Part shown: piece after piece, positions 40,585 through 50,363 of the stretch
Layout: each line of letters starts with the position of its first letter
How positions within the stretch are numbered: the stretch's first letter is position 1
Assembly (NCBI GenBank): GCA_024280835.1
Contig: JAJRPJ010000006.1
Location: 149,656-213,655 of the forward strand
DNA: 64,000 nucleotides
Origin: Candidatus Zixiibacteriota bacterium
GTDB lineage: Bacteria > Zixibacteria > MSB-5A5 > GN15 > JACZUZ01
Direction: 5' to 3'
The notes under the pieces: generated by a model
Database searches by the model: none
Told to the model about the DNA's origin: nothing
Seen by the model: only the letters and a program-made list of their open reading frames with translations
Made by a program: the position numbers and the translations under genes

Positions 40585-41241
40585 ATGCACAGTTGCCAGA
40601 ACATCCATCAAGACCGCAAGAGCTATTGTCCGATGTTTAGCCGACTCTATCTCTTTTGCCTGATTTCTCTAGGTGTGCTAGCCAATGGGGTTAGTGTGGC
40701 TGGCTCCTTTTCAACCCCCGAAAAGTTACAACTCTCCAGTGAAGTTTCCAGCTCCGATAGTTCTGAGTCATCAGTTGCAAAAAGCTATGAGGGCTGGACT
40801 GGTGAGCCAACCAAAGAGCGTCATCGCCAAAGTCCCACCACGGCCTTGTTCAAATCCATGCTTGTACCTGGATTGGGACAAATCGGAAATAGAAAACACA
40901 TCAAGGCAGCGCTGATAATTGGTGGTGAAACATTTCTCTTCTTGCGTTGGTTGGATTTTCGCAATCAAACCGCCGATGCGCGTGTGGCCTTTGAAGCCGA
41001 GAACGATTTAGTTTTGCGGGGGCAATTGTTTGCTGAATTCGATTCAGTGCGTGATAAGCGCAATCTGTCGGCTTGGATGACAGGGACAGTTATATTTATC
41101 TCAATGATTGATGCTTTTGTCGACGCCCACCTAGCAAAATTCCCCGCGCCCGAAAAGAAACTCTCTTTTGATGTTGCACCAGTTATGTTTGATGAAAACT
41201 CAATTTCTGGTTTCGCCGCTAGTGTTACTTGGCGATTCTAA
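40585..41241 (+). CDS. DUF5683-like membrane protein
   Basis: SPTTALFKSMLVPGLGQI.NRK..KA, SMIDAFVDAHL. Start may be 40633. Confidence 0.7.
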   Translation: MHSCQNIHQDRKSYCPMFSRLYLFCLISLGVLANGVSVAGSFSTPEKLQLSSEVSSSDSSESSVAKSYEGWTGEPTKERHRQSPTTALFKSMLVPGLGQIGNRKHIKAALIIGGETFLFLRWLDFRNQTADARVAFEAENDLVLRGQLFAEFDSVRDKRNLSAWMTGTVIFISMIDAFVDAHLAKFPAPEKKLSFDVAPVMFDENSISGFAASVTWRF

Positions 41242-41296
41242 GTTTTTTAGAAGACAGTTGTTTTGAAGAGATTTTTTATGGATGAGAGTTGTTTGA

Positions 41297-42781
41297 TTAT
41301 TCTTTGGCCAAAGGAAGATCTTTATAGACAAAGCGCTTAAGGTCGATGTTTGATTGTTGCGGATCTAGGAAACGCTTGATTGTAATTTGTGAATTGGCTT
41401 CTGTAGATAAATCAAGCAGTTCGACTTCGTCTTTCAATCCGAACCTGTCACCAATAATTCTTACAACTGGAGCGCCAGGGGTCATTGGATTGTTTCTTTC
41501 TATAACAGCTACTTGCGAAGAACTCAATAATACCAAAGAGCCGGCAGGAAACAGACCGATATTTCCTATGAAAACCTTAAGTATCAGATGATCAAATTTG
41601 TTTTGCATCCGAAACAACATTTTACGCAGAACTTCAATTGGTGGAATCGGATCGGTGATATAAATACGTCCCGAAGTGAGTGCATCGAATGTATCGGCTA
41701 CAGTTATGATACGCGTAAATAGGCTTAGCTCACGGCGATTGGAGCGAACTGGATAGCCAGTGTTGTCGATATTCATATGATGCTCAAAAGCCACTATAGC
41801 CGCCCGAATGACTTGAGAATCTATTTTGAATGATGTCAATAGAGATTTCGCTCCAATAGCTGGATGATTACGCATGTGCGCCCAATCGCTTTCATTGAAT
41901 ACTCCTGGCTTCTTTACGACTTCAACCGGAAGTTTCACTTTGCCGATATCATGGAAAAGCGCTGCGAATCCTAATTGACTCAATCGTTTTCTATCAAGCT
42001 TCAACTTCACGCCAATCGATAGTGAATAAATACAAACATTGACACTATGGGCAAAAGTGTAATCATCGAAGTCTTTGATGGCGGTCATTTCAACCAAAGC
42101 CGAATCATCTTCAATTACTTGGTCAACAAGCGAGCGTACAACTGAGCTTGTTTGTTTGAGCTTTATTTCCTTGCTGGCGAAACTATTAGAAGTTATGTCG
42201 TTGACAACACGCATTGATTTAAAGAACACCGTTCGAGCTTGGCGTCGCATTTGAAGACGTCTTTGCTCTTTGAGACTCTGATCATCTCCAACTTCTTCAA
42301 CGCTGAAGATACGGATACCATGTATTGCGTTGTCCAAAAGCATTTCTCGCAACTGTTCTACTGTGGCGCCGCTATCCGTTTTTTGCGTCAGCGCTTCAAA
42401 AAACATTGCCAGCGAATCAGACTCTGGTGTATAGCGTATTTCAACTCCGCCAACGCCGAGTTCCTGCCAACGGGATATACCTTCTTCAAGGGCGGGAGTT
42501 TTTCTGGTAATTTTACACAGTGATTCGTTGACGAAGAAACGGCCTTCGATCAGCTTAATTGTCAGGGTACCACTATCAGAAGTGATCTCACAAAAACGCT
42601 CCCAGAATTTGGCCAATTGTCCCTTGAAAGTGTCATTATCCTTGCCGACAACTTGAAGTGTCTTGGGGATACCAAAAAACAATTTCAGAATAGCGCTAGA
42701 GCTGCGCATCTCACTAACAGAGGCTCCATGAGCCTCCTCATTGATAGTTTGGTACTCGAATGTTTGTGATGCGTTGTTCAC
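41297..42781 (-). CDS. HD-GYP cyclic-dinucleotide phosphodiesterase
   Basis: HSVNV, FHDIGK, EHH..IDNTGYP, ADTFDALTSGRIY. Confidence 0.88.
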   Translation of the reverse strand: MNNASQTFEYQTINEEAHGASVSEMRSSSAILKLFFGIPKTLQVVGKDNDTFKGQLAKFWERFCEITSDSGTLTIKLIEGRFFVNESLCKITRKTPALEEGISRWQELGVGGVEIRYTPESDSLAMFFEALTQKTDSGATVEQLREMLLDNAIHGIRIFSVEEVGDDQSLKEQRRLQMRRQARTVFFKSMRVVNDITSNSFASKEIKLKQTSSVVRSLVDQVIEDDSALVEMTAIKDFDDYTFAHSVNVCIYSLSIGVKLKLDRKRLSQLGFAALFHDIGKVKLPVEVVKKPGVFNESDWAHMRNHPAIGAKSLLTSFKIDSQVIRAAIVAFEHHMNIDNTGYPVRSNRRELSLFTRIITVADTFDALTSGRIYITDPIPPIEVLRKMLFRMQNKFDHLILKVFIGNIGLFPAGSLVLLSSSQVAVIERNNPMTPGAPVVRIIGDRFGLKDEVELLDLSTEANSQITIKRFLDPQQSNIDLKRFVYKDLPLAKE

Positions 42782-44640
42782 TGGATTGGCACTTTCTGTT
42801 CTAGTTCACGAGCCTTGAGAGCCGCTTGAGATAACTTCTTGATTTCTGAAGACCAACTTTTCGAAAGAAAAGTCAACGCCTTAGTGGCTTCATCAGAAGA
42901 ATTGTTTTGTAGGGCCAGAATCGCTACTCTTCTGAATTGTTGATAGGGACTATTACCAAAAAAACGCCAGTGACCAGCCACAAGAGCTAATTTCGAGACG
43001 GCCAGTTGTTGACCTGTTTTTGAATACGAGAGGATAATCTGCTCCGCTGATGATTGCGAAAGTTGACCAGAAAGAAGTTTACCAAAGAGCGCTGAAAAAA
43101 GTGGAAATGCTTCCTCTCCTGATTGCGCCATAGCAACTTCAATGGCCAAATTGCGAATAGATGGTTCCCTATCAGTGATTGCCAACAGTAGGATTGAGGA
43201 TTTGAATGACTGCGCATGATGTTGGCAGCCACGCACTACTTCAATGCGCACTCGACTTTCTGTGTGCTGCATGGCCTTGGTCAAATGTCGATGCGCTTTG
43301 TCACAGTCAAAACTAGACAGAATAATCGCAGTGTTTCTCACGACATACCAGCGTTTGTCATAAAGCCCGCTAGCGACCAAATCAACATGTTCTACTTTTG
43401 CTGATGCAAGAAAATCACATAACGCCATTCGATGTTTCTGTGATTCAAGTTCACTGAGAGCTTCAGTTAGTGTTGAATAAGCTGTCCAGTCGAATGTTGC
43501 TAGGTATTCAGAAAACTCATCGGCGCTGATTCGATCGTCAGCATTGAGAATATCACACACTGCTCCGAAGCGCTCTCGGCTTGAGATAGAGCTCAACGCT
43601 TCATCAATTGCTGTCTTCCATTTTGAATTAGAATCATCTAATTCAGAGCGCCGTCGCTGAAGTGTGCGCAACATTTCTGTCGCTCGTTTAAGTGAACCGT
43701 TTTCGATAAAATATGAGTGTGCCTTTACACATGTCAAAACGGCATCTGAAAACTCGGTGATGCGTTTGTTATGTTCAAATAGATCATCGATAAGACAAAT
43801 CAACTCTGTATCTGAATTTAGCATTGAGTCTTTTGCCAGAGCCATAGCGGTTTCATGAGACTCTTGACTATCGAGGTCGTACACACTCATCATCATTTCT
43901 CGTAAACCGATGGTGGAATCAACTTGGATGGCTTTTGACTTTTCTGCAGTTGTCGTGTCATCTGAAAGTGTCGACACTACACTTTCGAATTGCGTTGTCA
44001 GTTGGGGAGCCATCCTTGTCAGATCGTCCGTGTCCTGGCCCGCAACAGAGGATTCAAATGTAGAGTCAAAGAGTGTTTTGCCAGTATCGCTATCTGAGAT
44101 GTACCCTGTTTCAGAAACTCCATTCTGGTGGCCAAAAAACTCACGCTGAAGGTTACTATCAAATTCGAGGTAGGATTGGTCTTCAATTATTTCAAAGTCG
44201 AACCCAGGTATTTTCTTGCCCCAAAGGGCTTCACCTAGTTCCAACTCACCTCTGTCTTTTGTAATCACCGTGCGGAAAATTCCGAAGACTTCATCGGCGC
44301 TCTCAGATGAGAAACCATTAGAAAACTCAAGCTCGCTAAGTCCAGAGTCATAGCATGTTTTGGAGAGTCGATGGCTTTCACCAAAGGATGGTTCGACTAG
44401 TTCACCTTCAAAAGTGAAACCCTCCGCGCTGAGATAGAGCAGGAGTCGTTCATTAACCTGTAGGAACGTATCAAGCTCATTGGTGAAGAGCGAAATTGCT
44501 TTGGAGCACGTAGGGTTGGAAGCTGGATATAGACAGACAATTTTCACTGCCTTCTGGAGGAGCGAAACGATTGACTCTACTTGTTGCAGAATCGGATCTG
44601 TATTGATTTTCGAAACGTTATGACGAGTTATTGTCGACAT
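42778..44640 (-). CDS. HEAT-repeat protein, translationally coupled to the HD-GYP gene
   Basis: LYPASNP, DKRWYVVRNTAIIL, ESRVRIEVVR; 4-bp overlap with the HD-GYP gene. Confidence 0.7.
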   Translation of the reverse strand: MSTITRHNVSKINTDPILQQVESIVSLLQKAVKIVCLYPASNPTCSKAISLFTNELDTFLQVNERLLLYLSAEGFTFEGELVEPSFGESHRLSKTCYDSGLSELEFSNGFSSESADEVFGIFRTVITKDRGELELGEALWGKKIPGFDFEIIEDQSYLEFDSNLQREFFGHQNGVSETGYISDSDTGKTLFDSTFESSVAGQDTDDLTRMAPQLTTQFESVVSTLSDDTTTAEKSKAIQVDSTIGLREMMMSVYDLDSQESHETAMALAKDSMLNSDTELICLIDDLFEHNKRITEFSDAVLTCVKAHSYFIENGSLKRATEMLRTLQRRRSELDDSNSKWKTAIDEALSSISSRERFGAVCDILNADDRISADEFSEYLATFDWTAYSTLTEALSELESQKHRMALCDFLASAKVEHVDLVASGLYDKRWYVVRNTAIILSSFDCDKAHRHLTKAMQHTESRVRIEVVRGCQHHAQSFKSSILLLAITDREPSIRNLAIEVAMAQSGEEAFPLFSALFGKLLSGQLSQSSAEQIILSYSKTGQQLAVSKLALVAGHWRFFGNSPYQQFRRVAILALQNNSSDEATKALTFLSKSWSSEIKKLSQAALKARELEQKVPIQ

Positions 44641-44876
44641 GGCAATTATTCAAATTCCGAGTGAGATTTTTTGCAAACTTTAGATACCCCTATATAGGCT
44701 ATGTATCGGCTAACCGCATGAGTCTCTTAGTCTCAGGAATGAAAGAGGATACAAATGTCCAGTTATGAATAAATAATCAAGATAATGTGCAAGAAGGATC
44801 AAAAGGACTTGCCCAAGTCGATAAGAGCGACGCCATAAGATGATAGGGTGAGTAGTAGCTAAAGCGCTGATACACA

Positions 44877-44912
44877 AGGGGCTACGCTCGAAACAATTCG
44901 AGCGTAGCCCCT
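44877..44912. terminator. Perfect 16-bp-stem hairpin downstream of the nucleotide-sugar dehydrogenase
   Basis: aggggctacgctcgaa-acaa-ttcgagcgtagcccct. Confidence 0.7.
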
Positions 44913-44968
44913 AAATTGTAGGCAGATTGCTGAAGAAAGCTGCCTGTATTGAAATTAGAACAATCCTC

Positions 44969-46459
44969 TTAAAGCAATGAAATCTTTGACCGTCCACGTT
45001 TGATTTTTGTCGTGGCGTTGCGTGTATCAAAAATTGCTTTGGAATTATCGACTACCCACTGATAATCATATTCGGTATGATCGGTCAGAATCACACAGCA
45101 ATCGGCCTTTTGGGCCAGAGGTTTTGATAGTTTTGTGGACTTATGAATTGTGCCATTCCAAGTAATCTGAGGTACGAAGGGATCATTGTATGTGATCTTG
45201 GCCCCCGCATCCTCCAGCAATTTGATAACATCTAAAGCTGGTGATTCACGAACATCCTGAATGTTTTTCTTGTAAGCCACTCCCAAAATCAAAATCTTTG
45301 AGCCTTTAAGTGACTTGGAAAAATTGTTCAGCATACGCGCCACACGACTAACCACATACTCGGGCATACTGGAGTTGACATCACCAGCCAGCTCAATAAA
45401 GCGCGCATAGTAGTTAAGCGATTTAAGTTTCCATGAGAGATAGTGCGGGTCGATTGGAATACAATGACCGCCAAGTCCTGGGCCTGGATAGAAAGGCATG
45501 AAGCCAAAGGGTTTGGTTGCGGCAGCGTCAATGATTTCCCAAACGCTGAGCTTGAGACGATCGCACATCAGCGCCACTTCATTAACTAGACCGATATTCA
45601 CAGAGCGGAAAGTGTTTTCCAGCAATTTGACCATTTCTGCTGCTTGAGTTGAAGAGACTGGATGGACACCTGCGATGATTTGCTCATAAAACAGCTTCGC
45701 CATTTGAGTGCAGCGCGGTGTCACACCACCGACAATTCGTGGGGTGTTGGCCGCGGTAAAACTCTTATTGCCTGGATCGATTCTCTCTGGTGAAAATGCC
45801 AAAAAGAAATCTCTACCAGCCTTAAAACCACTCTCTTCAAGGCGAGGTTGAATGATTTCATCGGTTGTACCTGGGTAGGTAGTTGATTCAAGTACAATCA
45901 ACATGTCTTTATGCATATTGTCACGCACCCATGTCACCGCTGCAAGGATATAGCTAATATCAGGATCTTTAGTTTTTGAAAGAGGTGTCGGCACACAAAT
46001 CGAAATAGTGTCTACCTTGGCGATAGTTTTTGGATTGTCTGTGGCTTTCAATCGTCCAGCTTTGACCATAGCCTTGACTCTATCGCTGGAGATGTCGTCA
46101 ATATCAGATCTACCAGCGTTGATGAGCTTAATCTTGGCCTTAGAAATATCAAAGCCTGTGACAGTGAAGCCGCGCTCTGCAAATTCAACAGCTAGAGGCA
46201 GGCCGACATAACCCAAACCGACAATACCGATGTGGGCAGTTTTGTTTCTGATTTTCTCCGCGAGCTTGCTTGAGCCAGAGGATTTTTTTGAACTGGTTGT
46301 TTTTTTCATCTTTGTCTTCACTGATTGAACTTTTGTCTCAGATAGCGAACCATTAGATACGTTGCTGACACTGATGCGCACCAGCTTATCTTTCTGTCCC
46401 TGAGATTTATTGTTATTGGATTTATTAGTTGATTTCTTTTTTGTAATTGTTGTCTCCAT
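44969..46459 (-). CDS. UDP-N-acetylhexosamine 6-dehydrogenase (WbpA/WecC family)
   Basis: GLGYVGLP, CVPTP, ESTTYPGTT, SPERIDPGN, GPGLGGHCIP. ATG 46459 with GGAGG RBS. Confidence 0.9.
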   Translation of the reverse strand: METTITKKKSTNKSNNNKSQGQKDKLVRISVSNVSNGSLSETKVQSVKTKMKKTTSSKKSSGSSKLAEKIRNKTAHIGIVGLGYVGLPLAVEFAERGFTVTGFDISKAKIKLINAGRSDIDDISSDRVKAMVKAGRLKATDNPKTIAKVDTISICVPTPLSKTKDPDISYILAAVTWVRDNMHKDMLIVLESTTYPGTTDEIIQPRLEESGFKAGRDFFLAFSPERIDPGNKSFTAANTPRIVGGVTPRCTQMAKLFYEQIIAGVHPVSSTQAAEMVKLLENTFRSVNIGLVNEVALMCDRLKLSVWEIIDAAATKPFGFMPFYPGPGLGGHCIPIDPHYLSWKLKSLNYYARFIELAGDVNSSMPEYVVSRVARMLNNFSKSLKGSKILILGVAYKKNIQDVRESPALDVIKLLEDAGAKITYNDPFVPQITWNGTIHKSTKLSKPLAQKADCCVILTDHTEYDYQWVVDNSKAIFDTRNATTKIKRGRSKISLL

Positions 46460-46536
46460 GACCCGCCCTCCTTGGCGCCAATGCAAATTTAGTTCTTTGC
46501 CTGACCCCGTTCAACTTTGAATTGCGCTGATTTTCT

Positions 46537-47556
46537 TCAGCGGGGCCTAGCTCCTTGGTTAATTTTCTGTCGCCAATACTCTAGCGTATCAGCCAAGGTT
46601 TCCTGTAAAGTATATCGGGGAGAGTAGCCCAATTCTTTAATCGCTTTACTATTGTCTCCGCGCAAGACAGGAATATCAGCGGGTCTCAAGCGTTGCGGGT
46701 CAACTTTGGTAGCAATTTTTCTACCCGACAATCGAATAAGGGTCTTCAGCGCGGCTTCAATTTTGACAGCCCGCCCTGAGCAGAGTTGGTAAATCGCACC
46801 AGACTTACCTTTGTTGGCTGCCAGCGCGTAACCGCTGACTATATCTCGCACGTCGCTGAAGTCTCGCTTGGCTGAAAGATTCCCAACTCGAAGCGAGGGC
46901 TTCTTGCCGCGTTCGATAATCTCAGCGATTTGTTTGGCGAACCCAGGGATCGCAAAAACTTCGCTTTGCCGCGGACCGAGATGATTAAAAGGTCTAACAA
47001 TTGTAATCGGAAGTTCATGACGCCCGACATAATATTGTGCCAGATGTTCCATTGCGGCTTTAGAGACTCCGTAAGGTGAAATTGGCGAGAGCGGAGTTTC
47101 CTCGGTAAGTGTCATATTTTTGGGGCTAAAGATTCCATAAGCATCGGCTGAACCTACAAAAACGATTTTCTCCAACCGTTGGCGTGTTTTCTTGACCAAT
47201 ACGCTTTCAAGTAGATTCAAACTACCCATGAAATTGATCTCATAGGTCAAACGCTCATTGGCAAAAGACTGACCAACAGAAGAAAAGGCCGCTAGGTGGA
47301 AAATCTGATTGGGGCGAATATCAGCGAGAGCTTTGGCAACTTGATTTTGATTGCGAAGATCGAACCTGAGAATTCTCACCTGTCGTTTCAAGTGGGCGAT
47401 ATTTTCAGAGCTAGCGGCAGGAGCCAATGCGGCATGAACCTCGTGTCCCTGAGCAATCAATAAGTCCGCAAGATGAGAACCTGCGAAACCGCCCGCACCT
47501 GTAATTAGAGCTGTCTTAGGCTTTAGTCTAGATTTTTTCTGCTGATTAGTTTTCAT
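46537..47556 (-). CDS. rmd: GDP-4-keto-6-deoxy-D-mannose reductase-like SDR
   Basis: TGAGGFAG, HLAA.SSV, YGVSK, RPFNHLGPRQ, VGNLSAKRDFSDVRD; adjacent to gmd. Confidence 0.75.
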   Translation of the reverse strand: MKTNQQKKSRLKPKTALITGAGGFAGSHLADLLIAQGHEVHAALAPAASSENIAHLKRQVRILRFDLRNQNQVAKALADIRPNQIFHLAAFSSVGQSFANERLTYEINFMGSLNLLESVLVKKTRQRLEKIVFVGSADAYGIFSPKNMTLTEETPLSPISPYGVSKAAMEHLAQYYVGRHELPITIVRPFNHLGPRQSEVFAIPGFAKQIAEIIERGKKPSLRVGNLSAKRDFSDVRDIVSGYALAANKGKSGAIYQLCSGRAVKIEAALKTLIRLSGRKIATKVDPQRLRPADIPVLRGDNSKAIKELGYSPRYTLQETLADTLEYWRQKINQGARPR

Positions 47557-47726
47557 AAAAGCTGGGTAATCTATTACACTGTACTAGTTCGCCGAGCAAT
47601 AGTCTATTTGCTACAGTAGATATTGCGCTGTTCGTTGAAGATGTCAATGGAATTCTTTTGAGGAGCGCTTCAATGTAGCGTTCCCAAAGAGGGCGCCAGA
47701 GAGCTGGTGGAGATTACGTCTTGCGC

Positions 47727-48692
47727 CTATTTTTTCTCTGAGGCCAATAGCTTCAAGTCAGAGTCAACCATCATTTGAACTAGTCCTTTGAAAGAAACTT
47801 TTGTTTCCCAGTCCAGATTCTTCTTGGCGTATGAGGCGTCGCCCAGCAATAAGTCAACTTCGGCAGGGCGCATAAAGCGAGGGTCCTTGACCACATAGTC
47901 GTTGTAATCCAAGTTGACATAACCGAAAGCTGCTGCGACAAACTCACGCACTGAATGTGTTTCACCAGTGGCGATAACATAATTGTCTGGCTCGTCCTGC
48001 TGCAACATACGCCACATCGCATCGACATAATCACCAGCAAAACCCCAATCACGACGAGCATCAAGTGTTCCTAGGGCCAGTTTATCGGCTAAGCCCAATT
48101 TGATACGGGCGACACCATCGGTTATTTTGCGAGTGACGAATTCCAAGCCGCGTCTAGGTGATTCATGGTTGAAAAGAATCCCAGATGAGGCGTGAATGCC
48201 AAAAGACTCACGATAGTTGATAGTAATAAAGTGGCCATAGACTTTGGCGACCCCATAGGGTGAACGTGGATAAAAAGGTGTTCTCTCGCTTTGCGGAGTT
48301 TCGGCGACTTTGCCAAACATCTCCGAAGAGCTGGCCTGATAAAAACGAATGCTCTTATCAGTATAGCGAATAGCCTCAAGTAATTTGGTAACACCAACAG
48401 CGTCATATTCGGCAGTCAAAGTTGGTTGATTCCAACTTGTGGGTACAAACGATTGCGCGGCGAGATTGTAAACCTCGACTGGCTTGGCTTCTTCAATGAT
48501 ATTTATCAATGAGAGTTGATCCAACAAATCGCCTTGGACAAGGTTGATCTTGTCTTGAAGGTGGGCAATTCGTTGGTTCGATTCTGTCGAACTACGACGC
48601 ACCATACCTGTAACTTCATAGCCCTTTGAGAGCAATAACTCCGCAAGATAGGAGCCGTCTTGTCCTGTTATACCTGTGATTAAAGCGCGCAT
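47727..48692 (-). CDS. gmd: GDP-mannose 4,6-dehydratase
   Basis: [46 protein letters not shown]. Confidence 0.97.
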   Translation of the reverse strand: MRALITGITGQDGSYLAELLLSKGYEVTGMVRRSSTESNQRIAHLQDKINLVQGDLLDQLSLINIIEEAKPVEVYNLAAQSFVPTSWNQPTLTAEYDAVGVTKLLEAIRYTDKSIRFYQASSSEMFGKVAETPQSERTPFYPRSPYGVAKVYGHFITINYRESFGIHASSGILFNHESPRRGLEFVTRKITDGVARIKLGLADKLALGTLDARRDWGFAGDYVDAMWRMLQQDEPDNYVIATGETHSVREFVAAAFGYVNLDYNDYVVKDPRFMRPAEVDLLLGDASYAKKNLDWETKVSFKGLVQMMVDSDLKLLASEKK

Positions 48693-48874
48693 AGTTTTTC
48701 TGTTATGTTTGGGCTGTTATACAGTAGTTGAATATATGCCTATCAAGATTTCGCCGTCAGCCTTTTCGCAGCCGTCTTTCCCCAGTGAGGCGAGGCCTAA
48801 GAATATAGGCTACCTCTGAGAAAGCGGCAAGCCGAGTTGGCCCCAGATGGACATTATCTCAGAGATTATTCCGA

Positions 48875-50026
48875 CTATTGTCTCAACGACTTATGCAAAC
48901 AGTGAATATGCTCTATCAAAGAGAGTCGGCTAGATGTCAGATCCGAGAGGGCCAGCGCAATGTTTACCAGAGCATCACGAGTCGGATTCCCCGCAGGATA
49001 GAGTAGTCCTCCACTAGCGTTGAATGCTCCGACAGCTTGTTTCTGGCGCAAAATCCCCACTGCTGATTTGGCATGAGTATTAGTCTGATTTTTGGCCTGT
49101 GGCCAATCCCAGGTTTTGACATTCAGCAATTGCGCTAGTTTTCTCAGTGAAGGCAGTTTGCCTTTTTCGACCCCGATCGATTTGGCCGCCTTGGTGTCTC
49201 CACGAACAATTTGCCTGAAAGACATCATTTGAAGTTCTTCAATCGAAATCATCTTGCCGCGATTGTCGACTAAGGCCATATGCGAAGCGTCTGCGTCGAC
49301 AAGAATACCCAGTGAGGCTCGCTCTTTGCGGACGCGTTTGCCAAGGGCAATTGCGCTGGAAGAGCTAATATTTGGACTGTGGGAAAATTCAGCTCCCAGA
49401 TTGCAATTCATTTCTGTAACCCGCACTCCAAGACACCGCAAGAATTCTGGCACAATTGCGGTTCCGCAGGCATTGGCGCAATCGACGACCACATGCAATT
49501 GTGCGCGATTGATGCTCATTAGATCGATAGCTGGCATCTCGGAAATGCGCTGAATGTGTCGGCCGATGCATGAATAATTCATTTTGAATTTTCCAATACG
49601 AGAAAACGGCACATGTTTGAATTTACCAGTGCGATAAACACTCAGAAGTTTCTTGAAAGTAGCGCCGTCTAGCGCTTGCCCATCTTTGCTGAAGAATTTC
49701 AACCCTGACCAAGGCGCATCATGAGCTCCTGGAGTAATCGAAATCGCTCCAGCGCAGCCCAGTTCTTTGGCGGCGACAGCCAGCGTCGCCGAAGGAACTA
49801 ACCCAATCGCATAGACGTCATGACCAACCGAGTTCAATCCCGAGATAATAGAACGCGCATAGTGTTCGCCTGTATCACGACCATCACGGCCAATAACGAC
49901 AGCCCCAGTTTTGAAAACTGTTCCGAATGCACATCCGAAATCTGTTACCACTTGAGCGTCAATGCCCCGTCCAATCCGAGCTCGAAACCCAGGATCCTCA
50001 AATATCATTTGCTTGAAGTTGCCCAC
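48875..50026 (-). CDS. Degenerate phosphohexomutase (GlmM/ManB-like) lacking catalytic residues
   Basis: Fold motifs GRDGR, GLKFF, VVDCANACG, TRDAL are present. TASHNP is replaced by TPGAHDA and DxDxDR by DADASH; domain 4 is absent. Confidence 0.7.
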   Translation of the reverse strand: MGNFKQMIFEDPGFRARIGRGIDAQVVTDFGCAFGTVFKTGAVVIGRDGRDTGEHYARSIISGLNSVGHDVYAIGLVPSATLAVAAKELGCAGAISITPGAHDAPWSGLKFFSKDGQALDGATFKKLLSVYRTGKFKHVPFSRIGKFKMNYSCIGRHIQRISEMPAIDLMSINRAQLHVVVDCANACGTAIVPEFLRCLGVRVTEMNCNLGAEFSHSPNISSSSAIALGKRVRKERASLGILVDADASHMALVDNRGKMISIEELQMMSFRQIVRGDTKAAKSIGVEKGKLPSLRKLAQLLNVKTWDWPQAKNQTNTHAKSAVGILRQKQAVGAFNASGGLLYPAGNPTRDALVNIALALSDLTSSRLSLIEHIHCLHKSLRQ

Positions 50027-50140
50027 TTGATCCCTTTATCTCCAAATATTTCTTAATAGATATGTCTACAAAATGATTATACAAGATACCTAACTCCTTG
50101 TCTTACAGTATCGGACAAGAAGATGAATCCTGCAATTCCT

Positions 50141-50267
50141 TCCGTCCTTATCGGAATACTTTTCCGTATTGAATCAATTTCAATCCAATCAGAGTCTCTC
50201 GATTATAGCTAAGTCGTTGTTTCATAATGAAAACCAAAGTCGCACCGACTCTGGCGCTCTGCGTGCA
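50141..50267 (+). promoter_or_regulatory. Putative sigma54 promoter with upstream palindrome and IHF-like site
   Basis: TCCGTCCTTATCGGA (50141-50155); IHF-like TAAGTCGTTGTTT (50210-50222); TGGCGC-TCTGC-GTGCA with GG(50253)-N10-GC(50265). Confidence 0.55.
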
Positions 50268-50363
50268 TAAGCAATCTCTCGGAAAAGTGAATTGCGGTCT
50301 CAGACGCCATTTGTCGTCACGGTTCGCGAGATGGAAAATTACTTACAATGGAAGGTTTTTGGG

